Source of the DNA: an uncultured Planctomycetaceae bacterium
GTDB lineage: Bacteria > Planctomycetota > Planctomycetia > Planctomycetales > Planctomycetaceae
Assembly (NCBI GenBank): GCA_963815195.1
Contig: CAWFGE010000012.1
Location: 224,001-288,000 of the forward strand
Reading direction: 5' to 3'
Length of the DNA: 64,000 bases
Below the pieces are notes generated by a model. It was not told where the DNA came from. It did no database searches and worked only from the letters and a program-made list of their open reading frames with translations. The position numbers and the translations under genes were made by a program. The first letter of the stretch is position 1, and the number at the start of each line of letters is the position of its first letter. Shown here piece by piece: positions 22,298-33,330 of the stretch.

Positions 22298-23407
22298 ATG
22301 CAGATTCTTGCCACCAGAGTGGAGAAAGTTTTACTGGGCTTCGCATTCCTCTTCATCAATAACCTCGTCCTGGCCCAAGAATGGAGCATCGGGCTTCATG
22401 ATATCGCATTTGATGATCCTGTGCTGGATGCAATTCAAGCGGAAGCCGATGGAGTTTATGCCTGACGGAAAGACAGTAATCACGGCGGGATATTTCCATG
22501 ATGGCATGAAAAACACCGCCGTCGGCGAAGTTCGGCTGTGGAACGCGAAGGATGGTTCGCTTCGGAAGATTCTGCATGGCAAGGCCCGCACTTACGCCTA
22601 CCGCGCGGGCACTTTGGCGATTTCCCCGGACGGCAAGCGAATCGCCGCCGCTGGTCAAGATAAAAGTTCGTCAATATTTCATCGACGTTTTCGACGCCGC
22701 GACTGGAAAACTGCTGCACACGCTGAGTGGTGTTTGGTAAAGTGAATAGGTTCTCATCGGTTGCGTCGCATTCTCGCCCGATGGGAAGACATTAGCCGCC
22801 GCCCATCTCAAATGCCGACAGATTGAACTGTGGGATCCCGCGACCGGCAAACTGATAAAGCGTTTTAAAGCTCCGGCCATTTGGCCGATCGCTTACACTC
22901 CCGACGGCAAGATTTCTTGCGGTTGGAAACGGTGCGGGGTCCGTAGCGTTTCATCATGCGACGACCGGCGAGCCAATGGGAGAGATTGTCATAAAGCCCG
23001 ACCTCGGCTTGTCGGTGCGATCGCATTTTCTCCGGACGGAAAATGGATGGCGGTGGGCGGGTCTTCCGATTTCAATGGCAGTAGTCCCGTCTGCGTGTGT
23101 GAATGGAACCTTCAGCAAGGTGATTCCCCAAAGGTGACGGGCAAGGTCACGAAGCGATTTCACGGACATTCTGAGCATACCTATTCTGTGGCTTTCTCTC
23201 CTGATGGCAAATTCTTGGCGTCCGCAAATCAGGATCAGACCGCCCGTCATCTGGGATCTTCAGACGAACAATCATTTCCCGCCGATCACGACCGCCCAGG
23301 ATTTCGTTTATGACGTGGCCTTTTCGCCGGACGGCGATTCGTTGGCCGTCCTCAGCCGCGATCTGCTGATGCTTTGGAAAGTCAAGGCAGTTCGGAAAGC
23401 GAAGTAA
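22298..23407 (+). pseudogene. WD40-repeat protein broken by several frameshifts/stops
   Basis: Fragments LAISPDGKRIAA, VAFSPDGKTLA, GHSEHTYSVAFSPDGKFLAS and VAFSPDGDSLA lie in different frames. Confidence 0.8.
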
Positions 23408-23434
23408 TCAACCCGAACGGGTGTGGGTCTGGTG

Positions 23435-24316
23435 ATGACGCATGAGAAGGGAGCCGAACCTGCGAAGTTTCAGCCATGGCATTTGCTGATTGCTGTCGCG
23501 GTTGTGTCCCTGGGGCTCGGTTTTTGGATCGGCCGCAGCACGGCTCCGCAGGGTGTTCCGAAAACTCCGCCCGCGGCCGGTCCGCCCGCCCGCGAGATTC
23601 CGGGAATGGCCGGGCCCTTTGCGTATGCCGGGCTGCCCCAGAGCAAGCCGGCGGTCCAGGTGGATCTGCTCGACAACCTGGCTTATATCGAGGCATATTC
23701 CGACGAGAAGCGTTGCCCGCTGTGGGCGGCGTATCGGCTCTTCCGGATCAAAAAACCTTTTCGGACGCGGGTCCACGACCATATGCGGATCGATCCGCGG
23801 ACCAAGGCCCAGGTCAATTATGACGATTACACGGGCAGCGGTTACGATCGCGGCCACATGGCTCCGAACCACGCCCTTGCGATTCGCTTCGGCGAGAAGG
23901 CGGCTTATGAAACCTACGTCATGTCGAACATCTGCCCTCAAGTCCCGCACTTGAACCGCGTGATTTGGAAAAAGCTCGAACTGAAAATCAGCGACGAGTG
24001 GGCCAACCGCTTCGAACAGGTTTGGGTCGTCACCGGCCCGGTGTTTGTTGCGCCTGACAAAACCCTTCCCAGCGGGGTCCACATCCCGGCCGCGTTTTAC
24101 AAAATCGTCGTCGATGAAGACGCCCAAACCGGCCGGCCGCGGATGATCGCCTTCGTGGTCCCGCAATACGCAGAGTCCGAAGATTTTCGCAGCTACCTCT
24201 CGACTGTGGACCAGATCGAAGCGCAGACGGGCCTCGATTTTTTTACCCAGCTTGATGACCCGTTGGAAGAATCCCTCGAATCCGCCGGCCCGGATGAGGA
24301 TTGGGATCTGGATTGA
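23435..24316 (+). CDS. DNA/RNA non-specific endonuclease (NucA/EndoG family) with N-terminal membrane anchor
   Basis: SGYDRGHMAP, MSNICPQVPHLNRVIWKKLE, VVTGPVF, FYKIVV. Confidence 0.93.
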   Translation: MTHEKGAEPAKFQPWHLLIAVAVVSLGLGFWIGRSTAPQGVPKTPPAAGPPAREIPGMAGPFAYAGLPQSKPAVQVDLLDNLAYIEAYSDEKRCPLWAAYRLFRIKKPFRTRVHDHMRIDPRTKAQVNYDDYTGSGYDRGHMAPNHALAIRFGEKAAYETYVMSNICPQVPHLNRVIWKKLELKISDEWANRFEQVWVVTGPVFVAPDKTLPSGVHIPAAFYKIVVDEDAQTGRPRMIAFVVPQYAESEDFRSYLSTVDQIEAQTGLDFFTQLDDPLEESLESAGPDEDWDLD

Positions 24317-24505
24317 GGGAAGAAAGCGCTGGCGACTGGTTCGCTCAGAAAAACCGGGGCTAAATCACTGTGCGCAATTTTCCGCGTTTTCTGATGCAGA
24401 TTCGAAGCACGAAGTCCGCGTTTCAGCCGTTCCAGCTTTCGTGTAACAGTCGTGCTACCGTCGCCGGCTGCACGAGCAAACGAGAGGTCAAAAGCAGAAG
24501 GTTTT

Positions 24506-24737
24506 AGGGCCGAAGGCCCGGCCCGATGTCAGCCCAGGACAAGCGCAGCGCCGTCCTGGGTTACGGATGATAAATGAAACAAAAGCCCCACCGGGGCGGC
24601 CCTATTTGACACTTCAATCTCACGCAGCGACCTGCGCCTCTCCGCTTTAGGGCCGCCCCGGTGGGGCTTTTGAAATTTGTTATTTCAGTTTCCCAGGACT
24701 TCGTCCTGGGCTGACATAGGGCCGAACCTTCGGTCCT
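24506..24737. repeat. Nested palindromic REP-composite / MITE-like element (~230 bp)
   Basis: Perfect 24-bp IR 24581-24604/24648-24671, inside a perfect 15-bp IR 24526-24540/24703-24717, inside an imperfect IR 24506-24516/24727-24737. Confidence 0.85.
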
Positions 24738-24921
24738 TTTTCCGTCATTCGTTTGGAATCGCGCACACGGATTTCAGCCCTGCGGCTAATTTTTTCATTT
24801 GGGTTTGACGCAGCGCACCGAAGGCCGGATCTGTCGGCCGTTTTCCGTCTTCGATATAATAGGGATCCATCGAAAGCCGGAACGTCCGGCTGGAATTTGA
24901 CTTCCTCGGGAGACAACGGCG

Positions 24922-25437
24922 ATGAAACCGAATGGGAAACGTTGGGCGGGCGGTTTGGGTGCGGTCGTGTTGGCGGCGGTTCTGTTGGCGCTGCCCGCGG
25001 CGGGGGCCCAGGACAAGGGCGGCCCCGAGGATGTGAAAAAGATTCCCGCCAAGGTGATGAAGGCCCTGATGAAAAAATTCCCCAAGGCCAAGATCACGAA
25101 ATGGACCAAGGAGAAGGAAGACGGCAAGGTGTTTTACGACATCGAATTTCAGCAGGAGAACAAGGATTTCGAAGCCGACATCCAGGAAAACGGCTCGATC
25201 CACAACTGGGAGAAAGAAATCCCGGAGAAGAGCCTGCCCGCCGCGGTCAAGAAAACGCTGCAGAGGAAATATCCCAAAGCCGAAGTCAAGGAAGTCATGC
25301 AGGTGACGGCGGTCTTTGAGGGCAAAGATCTGCTCGTCGGCTACGAAATCTTCTTGAGCACCGCCGATAAGAAGTCCGTCGAAATCACCGTCGGTTCCGA
25401 CGGCAAGGTGATTGAGGAATCGGGAGCCAGCGAGTGA
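24922..25437 (+). CDS. Exported PepSY-like (BLIP-like) domain protein
   Basis: Signal peptide ending AGA; two repeats IPAKVMKALMKKFPKAKI...YDIE and LPAAVKKTLQRKYPKAEV...YEI. Confidence 0.82.
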   Translation: MKPNGKRWAGGLGAVVLAAVLLALPAAGAQDKGGPEDVKKIPAKVMKALMKKFPKAKITKWTKEKEDGKVFYDIEFQQENKDFEADIQENGSIHNWEKEIPEKSLPAAVKKTLQRKYPKAEVKEVMQVTAVFEGKDLLVGYEIFLSTADKKSVEITVGSDGKVIEESGASE

Positions 25438-26646
25438 TCATTCCGCCGGCAGACCCAAAGCGAACACCGCCAGGCACGCCAGCGATAACACCGCGAACTT
25501 GGCGAGACGAAACGTGCGGCGGGGAAGCTCATGTGACTCCCACGCCACAAGAAACGCGACCAGGCATTGCAGGGTGTAATACAGGGCAAACGCCCGCGAG
25601 GCGTAGGCGATGATTTGAGTCACGTCGGTCTCCCACGTCAAGACGATGCTGACGATCAGAATCAGCCAATACGCATGCTGGGGCGAGACCTTGCGGTGCG
25701 TGATGTCTTCGATCAAGCCGCCCGCGCCTTCGTTGTCGGCGACGGCCGCGCTGAACTGGCTGCCGATGGCCGTGATCGAGAGCAGCACCGGCAGCACCAG
25801 CGCGACCGGCTGGGTCATGGTGATAATCCCGGTGACATCCGCCCCGAGGTTTCCCGTAAACAGCACTGTGGACAAACACAGGAAGATCAAATAGATCACG
25901 CCGGAGACGATTTGGGCCAACCGCATGGTGGCGATCCGCACGTCGGCGGGATGCTCATCGCCCAGGTAGCGGGACGTTTCAAAACCTTGGACCACGATCA
26001 ATAAGCCCAACAGCACCCGCAGCGATTTGAAATCGACCCCGGTGGGAATTGCGGGGAGTTGCCACGATCCTTCCGTTCCCAAGCGGACGTTATAAATCAA
26101 CAGGGCCAGAAGCAGCGAGCCGATCATGCCCAGGTTCAAGGCGACGGTGTACTTTTCGAGGTTTTCGAGCGTTCCCAGGCCGCGCCAAATGCCGATGCCA
26201 TTGATGAGCAAGAGCAGCGCCGTAGTCACGGCATGGGCGGCGATGGGGTTTTGGTAATCGATCGCGTTCAAAACGAACGCCGCGAGCAGTTGCAGGTAAT
26301 AGGTCACCGAAATGAAGTAGGCCCCGGAGAGGACGATCTGCGAGAGAAAGGCGATCGATTGAGCGGCTCCCGGACCGGAGTGTTCGATCGGCTCGAAGTG
26401 GCGAATGTTAAACCGAATCGCATCGCCCACGCCATAAGCCAGCACCAACAAAATGCCCATGCAAACCGCGGCGAGGTTGCCGACCGTGCTGCCGAGCAAA
26501 GGGGCGCAGACCAGAAACCCGCTGCCCATGATGGACGCGAGGGGCGTGACCATCGCTTTCCAAGTGGAGGAATCCTCCAGCCGCCGCGAGAAAGCCAGGT
26601 AAGACGCGAACACAAGCGTGGCCAGGACGATGAACGCATTGAGCAT
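25438..26646 (-). CDS. Polytopic membrane protein, APC-like permease
   Basis: About 11-12 hydrophobic segments; TPLASIMGSGFL and VQGFETSRY motifs. Confidence 0.75.
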   Translation of the reverse strand: MLNAFIVLATLVFASYLAFSRRLEDSSTWKAMVTPLASIMGSGFLVCAPLLGSTVGNLAAVCMGILLVLAYGVGDAIRFNIRHFEPIEHSGPGAAQSIAFLSQIVLSGAYFISVTYYLQLLAAFVLNAIDYQNPIAAHAVTTALLLLINGIGIWRGLGTLENLEKYTVALNLGMIGSLLLALLIYNVRLGTEGSWQLPAIPTGVDFKSLRVLLGLLIVVQGFETSRYLGDEHPADVRIATMRLAQIVSGVIYLIFLCLSTVLFTGNLGADVTGIITMTQPVALVLPVLLSITAIGSQFSAAVADNEGAGGLIEDITHRKVSPQHAYWLILIVSIVLTWETDVTQIIAYASRAFALYYTLQCLVAFLVAWESHELPRRTFRLAKFAVLSLACLAVFALGLPAE

Positions 26647-26663
26647 GCCGCGGATCGTTCTCC

Positions 26664-27644
26664 CTACGAAACGTCTTGGATGAGTTTTTCCCGCTCGGCG
26701 AGTTTCAGGTCGTGGTCGGTCATTAAGCGGGCGAGTTCGCGGAAGCTGACTTTGGGGGTCCAGCCGAGTTTTGTTTGGGCTTTGCTCGCATCGCCTCGCA
26801 GGAGATCGACTTCCGTGGGGCGGAGCAAATTCTCATCGGTTTTGACGTAGTCTTCCCAATCCAGGTCGAGATAGCCGAAGACCTCTTCGAGAAACTCGCG
26901 GACCGAATGCGTCTCGCCGGTGGCGATCACGAAATCGTCCGGCTCGTCCTGTTGGAGCATCAGCCACATGGCTTCCACGTAATCGCCCGCGAAGCCCCAA
27001 TCGCGGCGGGCATCGAGGTTGCCCAGGTGCAGATCCGCTTGGAGGCCGAGCTTGATCCGCGCGGCGGCCCGCGTGATTTTGCGGGTGACGAAGGCTTCGC
27101 CCCGGCGGGGGGATTCGTGGTTGAACAGAATCCCGTTGGTCGCGAACATCCCGTAGGCTTCGCGGTAGTTCACCGTCTGCCAATAGGCATAGACCTTGGC
27201 GCACGCGTAGGGGCTGCGGGGATGGAAGGGGGTCTCTTCGGTTTGCGGGGTTTCCTTGACGCGGCCGAACATTTCGCTGGACGACGCTTGATAGAACTTC
27301 ACCTGCTGGCCGCTTCGGTCTTGGAATTCGCGGATCGCTTCGAGCACGCGGGTCGTGCCCACGCCGGTGACGTTCCCGGTGTGGACGGGCAAATCGAACG
27401 ACAGCCGCACGTGGCTTTGGGCGGCGAGGTGATACACCTCCGTGGGGCGAACGGCGGAAAGCACCCGGCCGAGGTTCGTGCCCTCGGCGAGATCGACGTA
27501 ATGCAGATTCGTGTCGGGATGGATAAACCCGTGCGAAGTCACGGCGGAAATCCCGTGGACTTCGTATCCCTTTTCGAGCAGCATCTCCGTGAGGTACGAC
27601 CCATCCTGCCCGGTAATGCCCGTAATGAGCGCCACTTCGGCCAC
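26664..27644 (-). CDS. gmd: GDP-mannose 4,6-dehydratase
   Basis: [57 protein letters not shown]. Confidence 0.95.
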   Translation of the reverse strand: MAEVALITGITGQDGSYLTEMLLEKGYEVHGISAVTSHGFIHPDTNLHYVDLAEGTNLGRVLSAVRPTEVYHLAAQSHVRLSFDLPVHTGNVTGVGTTRVLEAIREFQDRSGQQVKFYQASSSEMFGRVKETPQTEETPFHPRSPYACAKVYAYWQTVNYREAYGMFATNGILFNHESPRRGEAFVTRKITRAAARIKLGLQADLHLGNLDARRDWGFAGDYVEAMWLMLQQDEPDDFVIATGETHSVREFLEEVFGYLDLDWEDYVKTDENLLRPTEVDLLRGDASKAQTKLGWTPKVSFRELARLMTDHDLKLAEREKLIQDVS

Positions 27645-27789
27645 GCTAACACCTCGTTTCGCGAGCGAGATTCAAAGTCATCATGTTTCAAGAAGAACGT
27701 CTTCGCTTTGCGATTTTGCGTTAAAAACCAAGTCCAGGGAAAGAATCGTAGCAGGTCAAGGTTGAGGCTGACATCCCCGCGGGCGGGGG

Positions 27790-28029
27790 CTATTTGAGAA
27801 ACCGCAGCAGAACCAGAAGCAGCACGGCTCCCACCGTCGCGGTGATCAGATCGGCAATCAGGCCGACGGACGCAAACCCCAGCATGCGGAACACGAAGCC
27901 CCCGATCAAAGCCCCGATAACGCCGACAATGAGATTGCCCAAAAGTCCGAAGCCGTGGCCTTTCAGGAACTTGCCCGCAAGCCAGCCCGCCGCCAAACCA
28001 ATCAGCAAAACGTAAAGCAGGTGCAGCAT
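27790..28029 (-). CDS. GlsB/YeaQ/YmgE family stress-response membrane protein
   Basis: IGLAAGWLAGKFLKGHGFGLLGNLIVGVIGALIGG...ATVGAVLLL. Confidence 0.9.
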   Translation of the reverse strand: MLHLLYVLLIGLAAGWLAGKFLKGHGFGLLGNLIVGVIGALIGGFVFRMLGFASVGLIADLITATVGAVLLLVLLRFLK

Positions 28030-28365
28030 GTCGTTTCTTTCCGATTCGGAACCGCCGGTCACAGGAATTGAGCTTGTGTTCCCCTGGATTATTCCATCAA
28101 AGTCCGCATCTGCCAAGGGGTTGTTTCAATTCGCCGCCCGCGAGTTTCCCAAGCGGGGAAGGTTTGCGGAGGGCGTCGGTTGCCGGGAACAGAGCGAGAA
28201 CCCGGCGGGACTTGGGCGAATTTGCCCCCGGAGATTGCTCTTGTGGGATTGCACTTGAGCCGGGTATTTTGCGCGGACGATTTCAGATGATGACCCGTTC
28301 CCTTCTTTTCATGTCGGCCTTCCGGGTCGGGCCGATGCGCGATCTCTTTCGGATGGGCAGGTCCC

Positions 28366-31300
28366 ATGACCGTACTTCCCCCTCATAAACCCGATCCCAA
28401 CGCGGATCCCGCTTCCACTTCCGAAACGTCCCGCAAACGCTTTCGCCGGCGGTTGGGAATGTTTTTGGGGCTGTTGTCACTCGGGGCCATTGTGTTTGCT
28501 CCGGTGTTCGTCGCGAAAACTTCGCTCAGACAGCGCATCTTGCCCATGTTGCTGCCGGAGTATCCCGCCCAAATCACCACGGGCCGGGCGTCGTTGTTAT
28601 GGTGGTCTTCCGTTGAGTTGGGCGATGTGCAGTTTCACGACACCGAAGGCAAGCCGTTTTTGCACATTGAGAAAATCACCAGCGAGAAATCCCTGATGGC
28701 CTTGTTGCTCGATCAGGTCCGCGTCGGCGGTTTTTATGTGGAACGGCCGGATTTAAAGATCCTCGTGCGGGATGATGGCAGCAACCTGGAAGATGCCATC
28801 GCCCCGCTGCTCGTGCCGACGGAAGATTCCCAGGGGCTCGATTGTGCGTTCCACGTCCGCGACGGAAAGATGGAAATCGTCGATGCCAAGACCCGGCGGA
28901 AGACCGAACTCGAAAACGTGCGGGCCGACGTGCGGCTGCCGCTCGATGCGGCGGAAGCGATCACCGTCCGCGGAGCGAGCGAGATTCTGAAAGCCGGCGC
29001 GGGCGGAAAAGCCGGCACGGTCGATTTCGATGTCTCCTATCGCCAATTCCCCCAAACCAGCACATCTCCCGCGGGCGAAGCGGGAACGCTGCGGCTGAAG
29101 ACCAGCGACCTCCGGCTCGCGGCTCTGTCGGCCTTGTTCGGCCGGCTGGGTCAGAACGTCGAAGTCACCGGCGTCGTCGTGTCGGATCTCTCGGCGGAGT
29201 TCAGCACCGGCGAAACGACCGCCTTCAAAATGAAAGGCGGCCTGAACGCCACGGGCTTCAGCCTCGCCGCTCCCCTTTGGTTGGGCGAGGACAAACTCAA
29301 GCTCGAATACCTCACCCATCAAGGCGAAATCGATTACCAGAACGGCGATGTCGATTTCAAAGACGCCAAAATCAAATCCGACGTGCTCACCTGTGAAGCC
29401 CACGGCATCTTGAAAGCCTCAGAGCTCATCCAGAAATGGCGGCAGGCGGCGGCGAAGATTCCGCTCGAGGAATTTCACCTCACCGGCGAAGTCAACGTCG
29501 CCCGCATCGCCAAAATGCTGCCCGAAACGCTTCGCCTGCGAAACGGCCTGGAACTGCAAACCGGCAAGCTGCTCATCGTCCTCGATGCGACGACCCAAAA
29601 CGCCGAGCACCAGCTCGCCGGTAAAATCAGCACCTCGCAAATCGCGGCGGTCGCGAACGGCCGGCCCATCGTCTGGGACCGCCCGCTGGAAGTCGATCTC
29701 AAACTCCGAAACACAAACACCGGTCCGGTGCTGGATGAACTCGCTTGCCGGTCGGACTTTCTTTCCCTCTGGGCGCAAGGGACGCCGGACAATGCGACCA
29801 TCAAGGCGGCGTGCAAACTCGATGTTTTGATGACCGAGCTCAACCGCTTCGCCGACCTGGAAGGCGTTCGCCTCGCCGGGCGGATTGATGCGGGGCTTAC
29901 GCTGCGCAGGCTCGGCCCGGAACTGGTTCGCGGAGCCGCGAGCGCGATCGTCAAAGATTTCCGCTTCAGCGTCGGCAGCGAACAACCTTGGGAAGAACCG
30001 CAGCTCATCCTGGCGGGCGGCGGCGATGTAATCTCTCCGCCGGATCAACCGCGAAGATTGCAAAACCTTTCCGTTCGCATCACCGCCGGCGATGATGAAT
30101 TAAAACTCACAGGGGCCGCACCCATTTCGTGGACCAAAGATTGGTCCGACCTGGCGGTCTCGGCGGAACTTCGCGGGAGCCTCGCCAACTGGCAAAATCG
30201 GCTCCGGCCTTTCGTTTCCACCTCCGGTTGGCGGGCGGGCGGAAACGTAATCGCGACCGCGAAGGCCAACATCTCCAAGCAGCAAATGACGCTCGACCAG
30301 TTCGCGGCGGATTTTCAAAACCTCGACGTGCAATCGTCGGCGGTGAATCTCAGCGAGTCGCGGGTGCATGTCGAAACCCAAGGCCAGTGGACCGCGGCGT
30401 CGCATACGCTCCGCCTGCCCAAAACGACCTGGGCCAGTCCATCGCTGTCGCTGCGGGCGGATGATCTGCAATTCATCGCCGCCCCCGAAGCCCCCGCGCG
30501 GACGACGGGCCGCGTCGTGTTTCGCGGCGGTGCGGGAGAGCTTTCGCGCTGGTTCGGTTTGGAAAAAGCGCTGCCGGCGGGCACGAATTTGAAAGGGATC
30601 GCTTCCGGGCAGATCGATTTGATCCTCGCCAACCAGGCCGCGGATGCCAACTGGAATTTACTGATCGAGAACGCAGCGCTCACGAAAGCGAACGCACCCG
30701 AGCCGCCGCCGGGCCTCGGTTTTCCGCCGGTCGGAAATCGCGGCATCCTTCAGCCGGAAATCGTGTGGGCCGAGGACCGTCTGGCGTTTCGCGGCGGCGG
30801 GATTTATGACTTCGCCAAGGGCCGCTTGGAACTCAGGCAATCGCAACTCGAAGCCCCGTGGCTGCGGATCGTGGCCGCGGGTAACATTGACGAACTCGCG
30901 ACAGAGGGCAACGCGAACCTCACCGGCAACTTGACGTGCAATCTCCCGCTGTTGGCGGAGCGGTTTCCCGATGCCCTCGGACCGAACGTGCAAATCGCGG
31001 GCAGCGACAGCCGGCCGTTTTCCCTTCGCGGGCCGCTGTGGAGCACCGCGGCCGATCAGCGAGTGCCGAACGACCTCGCCGCTTATGCCAGCCTGCCCTG
31101 GCAGCGGATTTCCTATTACGGACTCCAAATCGGCGCCTCGGAACTGCGGGCCGACTTGAACCTGGGCAGCGTGCAGTTGGGGCCTTTAGATGTTCCCGTC
31201 GGCAGCGGCCGATTGAAGCTCAAATCGCATCTGCCGCTGAACGCCCCGGCCCTGGCTTTGCAAATTGAAAAAGGGCCGCTTCTGGAAAACATCCATCTCT

Positions 31301-31935
31301 CGCCGGAACTCTGCCGGGGTTGGATCAAATACGCCGTCCCGGTCCTGGGCGACAGCACCCAAACCGAAGGCCGGTTCTCGGCGTCGCTCACCAACGAAGG
31401 TTTTATACCGCTGGCCAATCCCGCGGCCATGACCGCCGCCGGCCAGTTGGCGATTGAATCCGTCCAGATGAAGCCCGGCCGACTGGCGAATGCCTTCCTC
31501 GACGTGGTCAAGCAAATCAAAAGCCTTGTCCGGGGCGCTCCGGCGGGCGGCGTGCTGCCGGCCGAACAAACCCTGATCCGCTTGGACCGCCAGACGGTCA
31601 ACGTGCAATGCGCGAACGGCCGGGTCTATCACCAGAATCTGAAGATGGTCGTCACCGACATTCCGATCACCACGACGGGTTCGGTGGGCTTCGACGAGAC
31701 GCTGTCCCTCACCGCAGAGATCCCCATCGCCGACGATTGGGTCACACAAAATCGCATGCTCGCGGGACTCAAAGGGCAGACGCTCAAAATCCCCGTCAGC
31801 GGCACCCTAAGCCAACCGGTGTTAGACACAAGAGCGATCTTCGCCGCCCTCCGCCAAGCCGCCCAAAACGCCACCGGCCGGTTCATCGAAGATGAGCTAC
31901 AAAACCAATTCGAGCGGTTGTTCAAGAAGAAGTGA
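28366..31935 (+). CDS. AsmA/TamB-like large envelope protein
   Basis: 1189 aa; single N-terminal TM, beta-rich body, C-terminal GSVGFDETLSL...IPVSGTLSQPVLD typical of AsmA-like C-termini. Confidence 0.75.
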   Translation: MTVLPPHKPDPNADPASTSETSRKRFRRRLGMFLGLLSLGAIVFAPVFVAKTSLRQRILPMLLPEYPAQITTGRASLLWWSSVELGDVQFHDTEGKPFLHIEKITSEKSLMALLLDQVRVGGFYVERPDLKILVRDDGSNLEDAIAPLLVPTEDSQGLDCAFHVRDGKMEIVDAKTRRKTELENVRADVRLPLDAAEAITVRGASEILKAGAGGKAGTVDFDVSYRQFPQTSTSPAGEAGTLRLKTSDLRLAALSALFGRLGQNVEVTGVVVSDLSAEFSTGETTAFKMKGGLNATGFSLAAPLWLGEDKLKLEYLTHQGEIDYQNGDVDFKDAKIKSDVLTCEAHGILKASELIQKWRQAAAKIPLEEFHLTGEVNVARIAKMLPETLRLRNGLELQTGKLLIVLDATTQNAEHQLAGKISTSQIAAVANGRPIVWDRPLEVDLKLRNTNTGPVLDELACRSDFLSLWAQGTPDNATIKAACKLDVLMTELNRFADLEGVRLAGRIDAGLTLRRLGPELVRGAASAIVKDFRFSVGSEQPWEEPQLILAGGGDVISPPDQPRRLQNLSVRITAGDDELKLTGAAPISWTKDWSDLAVSAELRGSLANWQNRLRPFVSTSGWRAGGNVIATAKANISKQQMTLDQFAADFQNLDVQSSAVNLSESRVHVETQGQWTAASHTLRLPKTTWASPSLSLRADDLQFIAAPEAPARTTGRVVFRGGAGELSRWFGLEKALPAGTNLKGIASGQIDLILANQAADANWNLLIENAALTKANAPEPPPGLGFPPVGNRGILQPEIVWAEDRLAFRGGGIYDFAKGRLELRQSQLEAPWLRIVAAGNIDELATEGNANLTGNLTCNLPLLAERFPDALGPNVQIAGSDSRPFSLRGPLWSTAADQRVPNDLAAYASLPWQRISYYGLQIGASELRADLNLGSVQLGPLDVPVGSGRLKLKSHLPLNAPALALQIEKGPLLENIHLSPELCRGWIKYAVPVLGDSTQTEGRFSASLTNEGFIPLANPAAMTAAGQLAIESVQMKPGRLANAFLDVVKQIKSLVRGAPAGGVLPAEQTLIRLDRQTVNVQCANGRVYHQNLKMVVTDIPITTTGSVGFDETLSLTAEIPIADDWVTQNRMLAGLKGQTLKIPVSGTLSQPVLDTRAIFAALRQAAQNATGRFIEDELQNQFERLFKKK

Positions 31936-32024
31936 GGCCAAAAGAACGATTGCCAAAGAACGGAAAAAGGCAGGCGGGAGCTACAAAAACTTGGACAAGG
32001 ATTGGCCGCTCCCGCCGGAGGGTG

Positions 32025-32638
32025 AAATGTGCTTCATGAAACAGATTGCGAAAAACTTGACCGATTCGTTCGACGGATTTCTGCTCGACAAGAAATACGT
32101 GTTCATGGATCGCGATGCAAACTTTAGCGAAGCATTTCGCACGATCCTCGAAGAGGCGGGCGTGACGCCCGTCCGGTTGCCGCCCAAAAGCCCGAACTTG
32201 AACGCTCATTTGGAGAGGTTTTTCAGATCTCTCAAATCAGAAGCCCTCGATCGCATGATCTTCTTCGGGGAAAAATCGCTGCGGCGCGCCGTCGATTCGT
32301 TCGTGACCCATTATCACACCGAACGCAACCACCAAGGACTCGGCAACAAGATCATTGATCCCGACGAACAAGTCGGCGCGATCGCGGGCCAGATTGAATG
32401 CCGCGAACGTCTTGGCGGGATCTTAAAGTATTACCATCGCTCTGCGGCGTAGTCTCGACGCCCGCCTGCATCTCAAATTCGGCGATCGCGGTGCGCGCTG
32501 CCCTCGCGAAATCGCCATTTGGGAACGGAACTACGCGCACGGGGGGACGAAGTTCGGCCGACTTTCGCTGGCCGAATCGTCCCGAAAATCAAATTGCCAA
32601 AGAACTTTCGGGTCGTTCCAATATTTTGACCATACGGC
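32025..32638 (+). mobile_element. 3' remnant of an rve/integrase-core transposase IS with probable right end
   Basis: FMDRDANFS, PKSPNLNAHLERFFRSLKSE, YHTERNHQGLGN, RLGGILKYY. The N-terminal part is absent. Sequence switches to the IS1380 remnant just after ccaatattttgaccatacgg. Confidence 0.8.
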
Positions 32639-32903
32639 ATCGATCAGTCGATCGGCAAGGGATTCGGTGAGCGCGAGCCGATGATCGAAGTCCCGCAGCA
32701 GAACGGCGCCGGCGTGCGACGTGAGCCGCCCATCGACGGCCTTGACCTTGATGGAACGATTGAAATCGGGCTCGAAAATGTTAGGCTGAGCTTCACCCAT
32801 CGCGTGATTCCTCCGTTTGGTGTTGGGATTGCATATAACACTTAAACGCAGGGGGTCACGCGATGGTTCCTTCTTTTTCATCTTTTTTGGTGAATAATCC
32901 GGG
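32639..32903 (-). mobile_element. 5' remnant of an IS1380-family element
   Basis: MGEAQPNIFEPDFNRSIKVKAVDGRLTSHAGAVLLRDFDHRL (ATG 32800, ggagg RBS), truncated at ~32640. Candidate left end CCCGGATTATTCA at 32903-32891. Confidence 0.75.
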
Positions 32904-32924
32904 TCCAAGAGTGGCGAAACATCT

Positions 32925-33323
32925 TCATTCGTCAATTGACAAGTTGCGAATTTCCGATTCACGATCATCCGGTTGCGATTGAAGAAAGGCTATCCACTCC
33001 TGCAACACCCGTGAAAACCCCTCAAGACTCATCGTCTAGAAGTACTCCTCGTCATGCAACGAATAGATCTTCGCCTTGTTGTTCGTGAATTCAACGCCCC
33101 ACGTCTCACGGTCCCAATCGGAAGATTCCGATGCTCCCGCCGCCACCGATGTGATCCTCTTTATGCCCTCATTCGACCATGGCAGTGAATCCAAATAGGG
33201 CAGCCCACCGCTATCCATTAGGACGCAATCAAGCAGGCTGATGCCGTCTTGGTTGAGAAAATCGGATTTGCTTACGGGAGTATAACCCTCGAAATTTCGG
33301 CTCCATGTGAATGTGATGTTCAT
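32925..33323 (-). pseudogene. Putative immunity protein with in-frame TAG at 33036-33038
   Basis: ORF 33036..33323 continues past the TAG as TMSLEGFSRVLQEWIAFLQS...DE* to 32925. It starts 7 nt after the toxin stop and is AT-rich. Confidence 0.65.
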
Positions 33324-33330
33324 ATTGCTT

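Noticed and set aside
33036..33038. In-frame TAG (and the TAA at 1451) as stop-codon recoding
   Set aside because: TAG and TAA terminate normal genes here (dnaN and gyrB end in TAG). Mutation or sequencing error is simpler.
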